Shown in pieces: positions 44,121 to 53,211 of a DNA stretch of 55,516 nucleotides. The stretch comes from a virus (Duplodnaviria > Caudoviricetes), in the IMG/VR virus record IMGVR_UViG_3300035703_000121, positions 1 through 55,516 of that record. One strand, 5' to 3'. The position numbers and the translations under genes are program-made. Positions within the stretch are counted from its first letter, which is position 1. Every line of letters begins with the position of its first letter. Below the pieces are notes generated by a model. The model was not told where the DNA came from. It searched no databases and saw nothing but the letters and a program-made list of their open reading frames with translations.

Positions 44121-44555
44121 GTTCATTTTCCTTTTCAATAATTCATCAAACAAATCGTATTGCCCTGGGTTAACATCTTTGAGGTCTTTATCAGATTTTG
44201 GATCAAGTCCAAAAATTTTACAGCATTTCAAAATGCTATCTTCGGCTTTATCCTTCAAGGTTACTTCTGCGCTGATGTTTTTAGCACCGGAAGAAAACTT
44301 TTGTATGTAACCAGTACCCATGTTTTCATTATTCAAACGTTGGATTTCGCGAAGCGCCCATTCAAACTGCGCAGCTGATTCGGCATAAACTTCCAAAGCT
44401 GTTAGATAGATATCTTTCAATCTTTGGCGTTTTGCCAAATAGGTTCCCATTATTTTATAATGCTTTTTAGCAGCATCGGTTAAATAAATTGGCGGCTTTG
44501 GACACTTTAACAAAGTATCTTTTCCTTCATTGATACTAACAACACCTCTTTCCAT
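44115..44555 (-). CDS. terS: Terminase small subunit, P27 family
   Basis: PKPPIYLTDAAKK, LEVYA, FGLDP. Confidence 0.85.
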   Translation of the reverse strand: MERGVVSINEGKDTLLKCPKPPIYLTDAAKKHYKIMGTYLAKRQRLKDIYLTALEVYAESAAQFEWALREIQRLNNENMGTGYIQKFSSGAKNISAEVTLKDKAEDSILKCCKIFGLDPKSDKDLKDVNPGQYDLFDELLKRKMNG

Positions 44556-44559
44556 AAAA

Positions 44560-44675
44560 CTTTAATTTACTTTACTTTACCCCCCCTTACTTTTTATACT
44601 TCGAGTAAAATTTCGATTCAACAGCGATGTAGGTGGTATTACACTTTACGAGATTTTATCCCATTACCCCCTTTT
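44560..44675. other. Probable cos/packaging region
   Basis: Between HNH and terS as in HK97-like cos phages; C runs; cut site not identifiable. Confidence 0.35.
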
Positions 44676-44980
44676 TCACCACCGGATTTTTTATTATGAC
44701 ATTCTTTTGACATTGATTGCAACTCATTATCATCAAACGGATCCAAGTTGTTATCCAAAAGAAACTTTAAACCTCTCACGTGATCCACTACTTCAGCAGG
44801 CTTTATAACTTGAATTAACTTGCATTCATTGCATTCACAAATAGGATGCGATTCACGATATGCTTTAGACTTCTTACGCCACTTCCAGGAGTTATAGAAC
44901 CAACTCATATCAATAGGCCTTTCGAACTCTTTTCGTTCAGGCTGCCAACTTCTTTTTATTTTCTTCGGAGCGTTTGCCAT
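44639..44980 (-). CDS. HNH packaging nuclease (HK97 gp74-like)
   Basis: FYNS.KWR, PICEC..C, VVDH, LQSM..CHNKK. Confidence 0.8.
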   Translation of the reverse strand: MANAPKKIKRSWQPERKEFERPIDMSWFYNSWKWRKKSKAYRESHPICECNECKLIQVIKPAEVVDHVRGLKFLLDNNLDPFDDNELQSMSKECHNKKSGGEKGGNGIKSRKV

Positions 44981-44982
44981 AA

Positions 44983-46458
44983 CTAAAACGGACTATCATC
45001 TTCACCAAACGCTTCACCAGGTGATGGCTTCGGTAACTCTTTATTGTCGATATATTCTACCCTTTCAAAGCTATCGGTAACATCAACAAACTTTGTCTTA
45101 TCGCCCACCCAACGCAGTAAAGTAGTTCCAACAGAACCGGCACGATACTTAGCAAATATCACTTCACTATTTGCTCCGGCATTAATTAAACTATGTAAGC
45201 TATCATCGTATTGAGTTTCATCAATATCGATGTGGTAATACTCTGGGCGATAAAGGAACTGTACAATATCTGCATCCTGTTCAATCGCACCACTATCACG
45301 CAAATCAGATAACAACGGTCTTTTACTTGCACCGCGCGTTTCACATTGGCGGCTTAACTGCGACAATGCTATAATCGGTATATTCAATTCCTTCGCCAAC
45401 TTCTTTAACCTTCTACTAATGGAAGATATTTCAGCTTCACGATTACCCTTAACACTTCTATCAGTCATTAGCTGAATGTAGTCGATAATCAAAACTTTAA
45501 TGCCATACTTGCGCTGCCAAAGCTTTGCCTGTATTACGATATCAGTAATATCAGTTTTACCCGAATCATCAATGTAAAGCGGATATTTACTCATTCGCTC
45601 CTGGTGTTGTGTATAGCTTTGAAAGTAATCGTTCTTTTCAAATCCCTTTTTCAACAACTGCCCAAGATGAAAGCTTGTGTCAATTGCAACTGCACGCGCC
45701 GTTAATTGCTCAACAGACATTTCCAAAGAGATAATTCCAACCGCTTCATCCTTCTTACAATTCTCAATGGCGCACTTCAAAACATAACTCGTTTTACCCA
45801 TACCAGGACGAGCAGCAACAATCACCAAATCTTGTTTGCGATAACCACCGGTAGATTTATTGATAATAGAAAAGCCAGTATCAATACCAACCAACTTCAC
45901 TTCATCTTTGTTATTGCTTAACAACTGTACACTTTCTTTCAAGTTTTGCAATGCAGCCGGAAAACTCATTGTAGTTCTTCCGGTAGATACCGAATCTTCT
46001 ATGCTATCAAAAGCCTTTTGCCAACCACGCAACAAATCAAAAACATCCACACCATCATCATAAGCAAAAGAAATGTTCTGACTGCTAAACATGATAATCT
46101 TACGGCGCATCCAGTGCTGTAAAACAATTCGGCAGTGGTAATCAATGTGAGCGCTACTCGATATCTTTTGTGTAAGCTGAATCAAATAAAAATCACCGCC
46201 GGCATTCTCTAACTGCTTTTGCTTTTTTAACTCATTCGATACCGTAAGCATATCAATCGGTTCGCCTTGGTTGTATAGCGATACAATAGCCTGGAATATC
46301 AATTGATGTTCATACTTGTAAAAAACTTCAGCAGTAGGCAATATCAACATTGCATCTTCCAATCCCGATTTATCAATCAGCATAGCACCCAAAATTGCTT
46401 GTTCTAAGTCAATTGCTTGTGGTGGAAGTTTGCCGTTTATTGTTTCTAAATTTTCCAT
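44983..46458 (-). CDS. dnaB: Replicative DNA helicase
   Basis: PPQAIDLEQAILG, AARPGMGKT, IDYIQL, LSQLSR, LRDSGAIEQDAD. Confidence 0.95.
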   Translation of the reverse strand: MENLETINGKLPPQAIDLEQAILGAMLIDKSGLEDAMLILPTAEVFYKYEHQLIFQAIVSLYNQGEPIDMLTVSNELKKQKQLENAGGDFYLIQLTQKISSSAHIDYHCRIVLQHWMRRKIIMFSSQNISFAYDDGVDVFDLLRGWQKAFDSIEDSVSTGRTTMSFPAALQNLKESVQLLSNNKDEVKLVGIDTGFSIINKSTGGYRKQDLVIVAARPGMGKTSYVLKCAIENCKKDEAVGIISLEMSVEQLTARAVAIDTSFHLGQLLKKGFEKNDYFQSYTQHQERMSKYPLYIDDSGKTDITDIVIQAKLWQRKYGIKVLIIDYIQLMTDRSVKGNREAEISSISRRLKKLAKELNIPIIALSQLSRQCETRGASKRPLLSDLRDSGAIEQDADIVQFLYRPEYYHIDIDETQYDDSLHSLINAGANSEVIFAKYRAGSVGTTLLRWVGDKTKFVDVTDSFERVEYIDNKELPKPSPGEAFGEDDSPF

Positions 46459-47192
46459 TACTGTAACGCTCCTATTTTTTTTGGTGTTGTTTCTGCATTC
46501 ATTTCAATCACTCTGCCTTTGTCCTGGTTCCTAAGCCAATTCCAGGCATATTTTTTAAACCTTCCTTCCAACACATCAGGATCATACTCCAAACGTTCCT
46601 GCTGAACTGTAGCTTCAAACATTTGGGCAAACATGACGAAGTCAGAAATCTGATTCTTAAACTGCATCATCAAACGCTCAAATCTTTCAGGAAAATTATT
46701 TTCAAAAAAAGCAAGCGAACCCTCTATCTGTGTTTTATTATATGGTTTATTATCTGTTCCTATTATAGAATGGCTAATTTTAGCCACTCCATTGGTTAAA
46801 TTTAGCCGTTCCATTGGTGAATTTTCACCACTCGATTGGCTATTTTTAGCCAATGCATTTTTACTGACTTTAGACGATGTTTTGTAAAAATTTACTACTT
46901 CATCACTAAGCGAATACCAATTAGTTTTATCCCAACTTTTTTCATTGAAATTATCAATGATCAATACTTCAAAATCGACCAATTTTTTAATGATATTTTT
47001 CACCTGAGAATAACTCCAAAACGGAAACAATTCAGCAAATGCAGCTTTGGTGTTGTAGGTCCAATAGCGACCTTTGTAAAAGTGCTTCTCATTGGCTTCA
47101 TTTTGTCTAATCCAAAAAAAGATATTGTGAATAAAAATCGCTTCATTCACGCCATACTCAGTAGCCAATTCACTATCAAAATTATAGGTCAT
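46458..47192 (-). CDS. Replication initiator (wHTH)
   Basis: YGVNEA, GRYWTYNT..ELFPFWS, DKTNWY; internal iterons; coupled to dnaB. Confidence 0.75.
   Translation of the reverse strand: MTYNFDSELATEYGVNEAIFIHNIFFWIRQNEANEKHFYKGRYWTYNTKAAFAELFPFWSYSQVKNIIKKLVDFEVLIIDNFNEKSWDKTNWYSLSDEVVNFYKTSSKVSKNALAKNSQSSGENSPMERLNLTNGVAKISHSIIGTDNKPYNKTQIEGSLAFFENNFPERFERLMMQFKNQISDFVMFAQMFEATVQQERLEYDPDVLEGRFKKYAWNWLRNQDKGRVIEMNAETTPKKIGALQ
46771..46852. repeat. Four palindromic iterons (origin of element B)
   Basis: TGGCTAATTTTAGCCA-like 16-mers at 46771, 46793, 46815 and 46837. Confidence 0.8.
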
Positions 47193-47406
47193 TTTCTGTA
47201 TTTATTTTACTGTGAAAAATCATATCAGTACCGCCGTACCATTCAATTTTATTATCAAAAAACTCCTGAACAACATCGCTAATAGTATTCGGACTACTAC
47301 CAACTACATCACCAATAACCTGCAAACGTTTTTCTGGGCTATTGAAATACAATTCAAGGATTTGAAACTTCTTATTTAAAGTCAAAATATTAGCCATAAA
47401 AATCAA
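47182..47406 (-). CDS. Small HTH-like protein
   Basis: IGDVVGSSPNTISDVV. Confidence 0.5.
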   Translation of the reverse strand: MIFMANILTLNKKFQILELYFNSPEKRLQVIGDVVGSSPNTISDVVQEFFDNKIEWYGGTDMIFHSKINTENDL

Positions 47407-47936
47407 AAATTAGTGTATCGAGAATATTTCTGTAAAACCATTTCAGGTGTTTGCCCAGGCTTCAATTCAATTCGAAGCTTTGAATTTACCTGTACATATT
47501 TCGATTCAATTTTAACTAAGGTTTTATTTTCTTGTGGCTTTCCCCAAATACCATTTAACCGGTTCCGTTCTCTTATTTCAAAAGTTTCTTTAGGAGTTCT
47601 ATACAAACCAAGCAACTCCATTTTTTTAGAAATAGTACTTCGCTTAAAAACCTTTTTTGAAGGCAAATTAGCATTGATATAATCAGCCATTTCTTTGTTT
47701 CCGGTTGTACGCCAATTTTCAAAGAAATAATCCAACTGATCCTTGGTCCAATTCACAATAAGTTCTCGTTGCAATCCTTCGCTATAAGCCCACATTCTTA
47801 CATAGGTTTTACTCAAACCTGTTTTAGCAGCAATTTCTTCATTGGTCATTGTTTTAAAGTTATTCCTAACAAAATCCTTTTGCCATTGCTGCATTTCAAT
47901 TTTATTTGGTGGAACCCTTCCTATTCTCTTATCCAT
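47403..47936 (-). CDS. HTH-repeat DNA-binding-like protein
   Basis: NEEIAAKTGLSKTYV; W..Q..F repeats. Confidence 0.55.
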   Translation of the reverse strand: MDKRIGRVPPNKIEMQQWQKDFVRNNFKTMTNEEIAAKTGLSKTYVRMWAYSEGLQRELIVNWTKDQLDYFFENWRTTGNKEMADYINANLPSKKVFKRSTISKKMELLGLYRTPKETFEIRERNRLNGIWGKPQENKTLVKIESKYVQVNSKLRIELKPGQTPEMVLQKYSRYTNF

Positions 47937-47938
47937 AA

Positions 47939-48247
47939 CTAAACTGCAATTTTAATTTCACATTTAACCTGGCATAAAACTTCATCAATCCGGCGCTTAA
48001 AATCGGCTTCACATTTGTATCTGTAAGCCAACATTTCGGCCACCGTTGGAACGTATAAATAAGTCATTTGATAAGCCTTACCTATCATGTGCCAATCGTA
48101 CTGGAAGAAGTGATACAAAATAAAAACCACCACTTTCTTTTCATCGGTATCGCGAAACTGAAGTATATCCGACCGCTTACAGCCAAAGTACAGTGTAACG
48201 GCATTTTCTACCTCAGTAGCTACTTTATGATCAAATAGAGATTCCAT
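47939..48247 (-). CDS. Hypothetical protein (probable start MESLFD)
   Basis: ORF in early operon. Confidence 0.55.
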   Translation of the reverse strand: MESLFDHKVATEVENAVTLYFGCKRSDILQFRDTDEKKVVVFILYHFFQYDWHMIGKAYQMTYLYVPTVAEMLAYRYKCEADFKRRIDEVLCQVKCEIKIAV

Positions 48248-48258
48248 ATTGCTTTGCT

Positions 48259-48501
48259 TTAAAAATTCTCTCCACAATCGTTACAAGTCCAAACTTTATC
48301 AGGATGACTTTCAGTGTAACGGTATCTTTTATGCTCGCAATTTTCTACTTTAACTTCATCCTCAAAATCATCCTCAAACTCAGTAGCCCAACGAATGATG
48401 TTTTTACCCACAATAACCAACCAATAAAGCGCAGCCGTAAACAATCCGGCACATATTGCAACAGCAAATACTTGCGCTAAGTCTAACACAGCTTTCCACA
48501 T
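48259..48501 (-). CDS. Small membrane protein with zinc ribbon
   Basis: TM segment plus CxH..CxxC. Confidence 0.5.
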   Translation of the reverse strand: MWKAVLDLAQVFAVAICAGLFTAALYWLVIVGKNIIRWATEFEDDFEDEVKVENCEHKRYRYTESHPDKVWTCNDCGENF

Positions 48502-48623
48502 ATAGCACACTCGGTTATCATTTCAAAATAATCTTTCGCTTCACAAACCTTTCCGGGTTCGCAATTTTGCGGCACAACCACAATCGGTTCTTTCACTTCA
48601 ACATTCATAGCCAATTGGTCCAT
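48483..48623 (-). CDS. 46-aa Cys-rich protein (not in ORF track)
   Basis: MDQLAMNVEVKEPIVVVPQNCEPGKVCEAKDYFEMITECAICGKLC. Confidence 0.45.
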   Translation of the reverse strand: MDQLAMNVEVKEPIVVVPQNCEPGKVCEAKDYFEMITECAICGKLC

Positions 48624-48639
48624 GTGTTGTTCTAAGGTT

Positions 48640-48939
48640 TCAATTCCCATACAGAAGGTGTTTAATTCGTGAGGTTAAAATTTTGTATCTACCGGTTTCT
48701 GTTTTAATAAATCCATCAGGACCAAATTTTCCATCCAAACACCACCGGCGAAGTGTTTCGCTATCTTTTATCGGGAAGAAATCACCTTTAACCACTTCGG
48801 TAAGGGTTAGGTATTTCTTTTTTAACAATCGTTGTTGCTCTAAAGATTTATTCAACTGAAAATCGGTCGCCGATACAATTACCAATCCGCGATCCTGCAA
48901 CAACTGCATAAAATCGTCAACGTTAATTAGCTTGCCCAT
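48640..48939 (-). CDS. Excisionase-like HTH protein
   Basis: YLTLTEV..ETLRRWC..GK..GRYKI MerR/Xis-like pattern. Confidence 0.55.
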   Translation of the reverse strand: MGKLINVDDFMQLLQDRGLVIVSATDFQLNKSLEQQRLLKKKYLTLTEVVKGDFFPIKDSETLRRWCLDGKFGPDGFIKTETGRYKILTSRIKHLLYGN

Positions 48940-49231
48940 TTTTTTCGAAGTATTCTTTTAAACGAGTTTCAAATTTGCGCACGGCATTTTCACCATTTAA
49001 GGCAAAATCATAAAGGCAGTTAGGCTTCATTATAACCTCGCGAGTAATACACTGGTTACCTCTTTTATCTACACCAGGAACCGCTTTTACATCAGCTTCT
49101 ACAATATCGCCGGTGGTAAGGTTGCACTCCCAAACTTTTTGGCCACTTTTTACCACATAGCGTTTGGCCGGAGCGGCGTACTGCAATGGCGCAAAGAATT
49201 TGTTTTTTAAGTATTGATAAATACGAAGCAT
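48923..49231 (-). CDS. Hypothetical early protein
   Basis: ORF in operon. Confidence 0.55.
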   Translation of the reverse strand: MLRIYQYLKNKFFAPLQYAAPAKRYVVKSGQKVWECNLTTGDIVEADVKAVPGVDKRGNQCITREVIMKPNCLYDFALNGENAVRKFETRLKEYFEKNGQAN

Positions 49232-49233
49232 AA

Positions 49234-49527
49234 TTATTCGGCTTTTAATTTTTCATATACAATCTGAAGCTTCTTTGTCATTTCCTGGTCAACTTGTTGC
49301 ATTTGCCACATACGTTTTAAAACACGCATATCAGCATCCGGGAAATATTGTTTGACTATAACTTTTAAAGCCGGAAATGAAGTAAATCCAAAGGCAAAAA
49401 AATCACCAAACAATTCACTTGACTTACGATATTTTAAAAATCTTTCGTAAGCTTCTTTTTCTCTTACCTCTAAAACATTATCAGCAGTATTACTCATTAT
49501 GGTACCATTTTTGTACATTTGTTTCAC
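49234..49527 (-). CDS. First early gene (Cro position)
   Basis: Divergent from the repressor. Confidence 0.55.
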   Translation of the reverse strand: MKQMYKNGTIMSNTADNVLEVREKEAYERFLKYRKSSELFGDFFAFGFTSFPALKVIVKQYFPDADMRVLKRMWQMQQVDQEMTKKLQIVYEKLKAE

Positions 49528-49556
49528 ATATAAAAACGCACATACGTTTAACAGAA

Positions 49557-49609
49557 CAAATATAACGTAATATTACGTATTTAAACAAAATTTTTACGTA
49601 ATATTTTAT
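49557..49609. promoter_or_regulatory. Element B switch: leftward TATATTTG promoter and ACGTAATATTACGT operators
   Basis: Perfect palindrome at 49565-49578; variants at 49596 and 49777. Confidence 0.7.
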
Positions 49610-49643
49610 ATTTATTTTTAAATGTTGTTTTAAATAACTGATT

Positions 49644-49949
49644 ATGAATAGTTTAGAGTTGAAAGAATTAAGGAAAAAACAAGGTTTAACCCAACAACAA
49701 TTGGCAAATTTGATAGGAGTTTCCTTAAAAACAGTTCAGAATTACGAAAAAGGAGAAGTCATACCGGAAACAAAACACGAAATATTACGTAATGTTTTAA
49801 ACCCGATGGTGATTAATGAACCCAATACTGAATACAAAATAATTCAGACAAATTGTGAAGAAAAGCTACAAAACGCTATAAAAGAGATTGAATTGAAAAA
49901 TGAAATAATCGAGTTATTGAAAGAAAAAATACACTTACTTAAAAAATAA
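49644..49949 (+). CDS. XRE-family repressor
   Basis: LKELRKKQGLTQQQLANLIGVSLKTVQNYEKG; C-terminal coiled coil. Confidence 0.88.
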   Translation: MNSLELKELRKKQGLTQQQLANLIGVSLKTVQNYEKGEVIPETKHEILRNVLNPMVINEPNTEYKIIQTNCEEKLQNAIKEIELKNEIIELLKEKIHLLKK

Positions 49950-49980
49950 TTTTCTTACATTTGGGTTAAAATCCAAAATC

Positions 49981-50526
49981 ATGAAAAAATTATTATTATT
50001 ATCATTTAGCTATATCTTAATTATTTCTTGCAATAATTTATCAAAAAATAAAGATAATTTATCTACAGAAGTTGATACTTCAGTTGCAGGATTTGATAAT
50101 ATGAGTGTTGAATCTCAATATGAAAAACTAAAAGATTCAATTTTAAAAAATCAATTTAGAAAAAGAGCTTTTGACACGACAGGAATATCAAAAAGCCCAG
50201 TTATTGTACTAAATTCAAAATTTGTAGAAAAAGAATACTCCAACTACAAAGACATTCAATTAACTTATAAAAATGTTTCAAATAAAAAAATTCAAGCTAT
50301 TAGATTTGAATGGTTTGGAGAAAACTCATTCGGAGAAGCAGCCGACATGGGAAGCTCTCTTTTGTTAGGCGAAGGTGGTGGATTTACAGATGAAATTTTA
50401 TCTCCTGGAAGAAAATCAACTGGAACATGGGAAATTTTTTCTAAAGACGGAAAAAAAATTATAACAGCAAGAGCTTACGAAGTAGCTTTTACTGACGGAA
50501 CTATTTGGAAATTAAGAAAAAATTAA
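49981..50526 (+). CDS. Lipoprotein (lysogenic cargo)
   Basis: MKK..IISC lipobox; own TACATTTG promoter at 49956-49963. Confidence 0.7.
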   Translation: MKKLLLLSFSYILIISCNNLSKNKDNLSTEVDTSVAGFDNMSVESQYEKLKDSILKNQFRKRAFDTTGISKSPVIVLNSKFVEKEYSNYKDIQLTYKNVSNKKIQAIRFEWFGENSFGEAADMGSSLLLGEGGGFTDEILSPGRKSTGTWEIFSKDGKKIITARAYEVAFTDGTIWKLRKN

Positions 50527-50537
50527 ATTTAGTTATA

Positions 50538-50876
50538 ATGAAAAATTTATTATTCATCGCTTTACAATTTGAACAATCATCTTCAACTGATTTTACAGAA
50601 ACTTTAATTACTTATTTCTTTATATCTGTAATTGTATTTCTGATTGGAGCATTTTTAACAAGATTAGTTTTTAGCATTTCAACTTTTTTAAAACATCAAA
50701 AAGCAAAAACACTTTTGCTTATTAAAATTGCTCGTAAAAATGGAGTTTCAGAAAAAGAATTAGATGCAATTTTAGCTATTACCGATCCTAACATTGGTGA
50801 ATTTACACATTTAGTAAACGATAAATCAATCACCGAAATCGATAAGTTAAAGTTTGAAGAAACTAAAAATCAATAA
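50538..50876 (+). CDS. Membrane protein (probable start 50538)
   Basis: One long TM segment. Confidence 0.6.
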   Translation: MKNLLFIALQFEQSSSTDFTETLITYFFISVIVFLIGAFLTRLVFSISTFLKHQKAKTLLLIKIARKNGVSEKELDAILAITDPNIGEFTHLVNDKSITEIDKLKFEETKNQ

Positions 50877-52065
50877 TTTTCCATAACGCTTCATCCCTAA
50901 CCTTCATCGGGTAGCGGTCTTTATAATAATTATCTACATCATTGCGTTCATGGCCCATTAGTTCGCGCAGTATATCTTCTTCAATACCCAATCGTTTACC
51001 AATGGTAGCAAAGCTATGCCGGGCAACTTTTACGCTCAAATTGCCGCCGGCAGGCATTACCTCAATACCACAATCCTGCTGCACCATTTTAAGCACCTTG
51101 GCGTAACGGCTTCTAAAGCTTTCGTAAATATCTTTTTGCTTATCCCAAGGAAACAACCATTCACCAGGGCATTCGTATTTTTTCAATATAGCGGCAGCTT
51201 TCGGATGTATTTTTAAGTCAATTGGTTGCCCGGTATTGGTTTTACTTCTTTCAAAAAACACACGGTCCTTAATCACGTTGTTTTTCTTCATGTAATACAA
51301 GTCAATCAAATCACAGCCGCCAAAGTAAAAGCCAAGCAACCACATATCTACATACTTTTGCCAGGAAGCGGCCACAGTAGCCGTTTCCAATAACCGTATA
51401 GCATCGGCATCAATATGCTTTTTTCGGCTGGCATAACTCTTAACACTTAAACCCGCAAAAACGCCCGCAAACGGCTTTTCATCAAACAACTTATACCTAA
51501 GCACCGCTTTGTTATAAATACTGCGTAAAGTGCGCAAATACAAATGCACAGTAGCCGGTGCATTACCTATGCCAAGCAAATACCTTTTAAATCGGTTGAG
51601 CAATTCATAATCCAATTGCACCAAAAGCACATCTTCACCAAATGGCCGGAACCGGTTCAGCACGTTTTCGTAAACTTTAATATTCCCTAACATTTTATTT
51701 TGAAGCTTTGGGCTATGCTTACTATAGTCATCAGAAAGCTTTTTCATTTCAGCCACCAAGCCATTGGCAAAATCATAAAATAAGATATCAGAAACCTCTT
51801 TTTCAAAAATGGCCGCCAAAAACAAATCGGGATTGGTAGGATTATTAGCTTTTAACCTTCGGGCACGCATTTTCAAATCCATGATCATTGGCGCCAAAAA
51901 ATCAAACTCGGGATGTTTTTCAGTAATCATTTCGGCAGCAGCATTAAAATACCTAATTTCGCATTCATAAATATCACGTTGCCGAGCAATACCCTTGTGC
52001 GATACTTTTAAGTATAAAAACGATTTTCCTTTAGCATCCACCCGAACCTTAAAACGATAAGTCAT
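50863..52065 (-). CDS. int: Tyrosine integrase of element B
   Basis: SAM-like YLRTLRSIYNKA; RSKT, VARHSFAT, LMGH, Y. Confidence 0.88.
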   Translation of the reverse strand: MTYRFKVRVDAKGKSFLYLKVSHKGIARQRDIYECEIRYFNAAAEMITEKHPEFDFLAPMIMDLKMRARRLKANNPTNPDLFLAAIFEKEVSDILFYDFANGLVAEMKKLSDDYSKHSPKLQNKMLGNIKVYENVLNRFRPFGEDVLLVQLDYELLNRFKRYLLGIGNAPATVHLYLRTLRSIYNKAVLRYKLFDEKPFAGVFAGLSVKSYASRKKHIDADAIRLLETATVAASWQKYVDMWLLGFYFGGCDLIDLYYMKKNNVIKDRVFFERSKTNTGQPIDLKIHPKAAAILKKYECPGEWLFPWDKQKDIYESFRSRYAKVLKMVQQDCGIEVMPAGGNLSVKVARHSFATIGKRLGIEEDILRELMGHERNDVDNYYKDRYPMKVRDEALWKIIDF

Positions 52066-52146
52066 TTTCGATTTATTTTCAATTTTAAGCTAAAATAAGG
52101 AAAAAAAAGGAAAAAACGTGACCAAGTCAAAAAGTATAAAAACAAG

Positions 52147-52171
52147 AAAAGCACCGTAAATACGGTGCTTT
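52147..52171 (-). terminator. Hairpin downstream of tRNA-Arg fragment
   Basis: AAAGCACCGTA-A-ATACGGTGCTTT. Confidence 0.6.
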
Positions 52172-52176
52172 AGACG

Positions 52177-52219
52177 TGATCTCAGAAGGATTCGAACCTT
52201 CGACCTACTGCTTAGAAGG
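52177..52219 (-). tRNA. 3' half of tRNA-Arg(TCT) (attP core of element B)
   Basis: Reverse complement CCTTCTAAGCAGTAGGTCGAAGGTTCGAATCCTTCTGAGATCA; 5' half absent. Confidence 0.85.
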
Positions 52220-52304
52220 TATAAAAAACAGATATTTATATACTACAATATCAAATACTTAGCAATTTTAAACCTCTTTTTTACCTCTCGTTTATTTTCA
52301 ATTT

Positions 52305-52976
52305 TCAGCGTTTTATTGTAAATATCGGCACAGAGTAACCTACATAAAACCGCTGCTGAGTGTCGGCACTAAAATTTAAAATAGCACCGGAACCAAGTTG
52401 AAAGCCTACATTAGCTTTAACCGAAAAATTGTTAAACTCTTTGGTGTTTCCTACTTCAACACCGCCAAGCATTCGGAACTTTACTTCCTTTGGGTTTGGT
52501 ATTTCAATCTTTCGGGATTTGATTTTATAATCGAGTGCTATGCTTTGAATTTCACCACGAACCAAACCTTTAACGGCGGCCGAGATAGTATCGTTATCAA
52601 ATTGATGATTAAAAGATTTGATGGTGATGGCATTTTTGTAAAGCAATTGCTGAAGGCTATCATTCGCATTCATAAAAGCCTGGTCCATTTCCTGATTCTC
52701 TTTAAACAATCTTTCGGCTTCAGCTTTCCAATACTCCAATTCCTTTTTAGACAAATTTTGTCCAAAAAATTGTTTGTCATTTTTTGACAAGTCATTTTTT
52801 ACCAATGGCTTTTGCAACGGTTTTACAGCTTCAAATTTTCCTTTTACTTCAGGCAACACAACTGTAACTTTTTCAGGCTTATTATCGCAGCTTTTAAACC
52901 AAAGCAGCAAAAAAAACACAGCTATACCAATAGCACCTATCAGGACTTTATTGGCAGTTTTATTATCGTTTTCCAT
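52305..52976 (-). CDS. Spanin-like lysis protein
   Basis: N-terminal TM ending WFKSC; C-terminal amphipathic beta strands; last gene of lysis cassette. Confidence 0.5.
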   Translation of the reverse strand: MENDNKTANKVLIGAIGIAVFFLLLWFKSCDNKPEKVTVVLPEVKGKFEAVKPLQKPLVKNDLSKNDKQFFGQNLSKKELEYWKAEAERLFKENQEMDQAFMNANDSLQQLLYKNAITIKSFNHQFDNDTISAAVKGLVRGEIQSIALDYKIKSRKIEIPNPKEVKFRMLGGVEVGNTKEFNNFSVKANVGFQLGSGAILNFSADTQQRFYVGYSVPIFTIKR

Positions 52977-53211
52977 TTTTTAATAGTTTAGCTTTTTCAA
53001 TTAATTCTTCCATCCTTTTTTGATCATCAGAAAAATCCATTTCATATTTTGATTTTAGATTGATGACTACTTTAAAAATTCTTATTTTTTCCCGGATGTT
53101 AATGTGCTCAATAGTTTTATTGATGTATTTTTTATTACCATGATCAATAGCCATAATTTTTAAATACAGCTTGCGTATTTTTTCATCAACAAAAGCATCC
53201 AGGAAATTCAT
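52963..53211 (-). CDS. Conserved lysis-cassette protein (MNFLDAFVDEK family)
   Basis: Paralog of 20116-20355. Confidence 0.75.
   Translation of the reverse strand: MNFLDAFVDEKIRKLYLKIMAIDHGNKKYINKTIEHINIREKIRIFKVVINLKSKYEMDFSDDQKRMEELIEKAKLLKNGKR

Noticed and set aside
44050-44310. Plus-strand ORF across the attC/terS junction
   Set aside because: Spans the recombination hairpin and is antisense to terS; no support.
46771-46852. Mini CRISPR array
   Set aside because: Spacers are only 6 nt, the repeats are inside a CDS and no cas genes are present; fits iterons.
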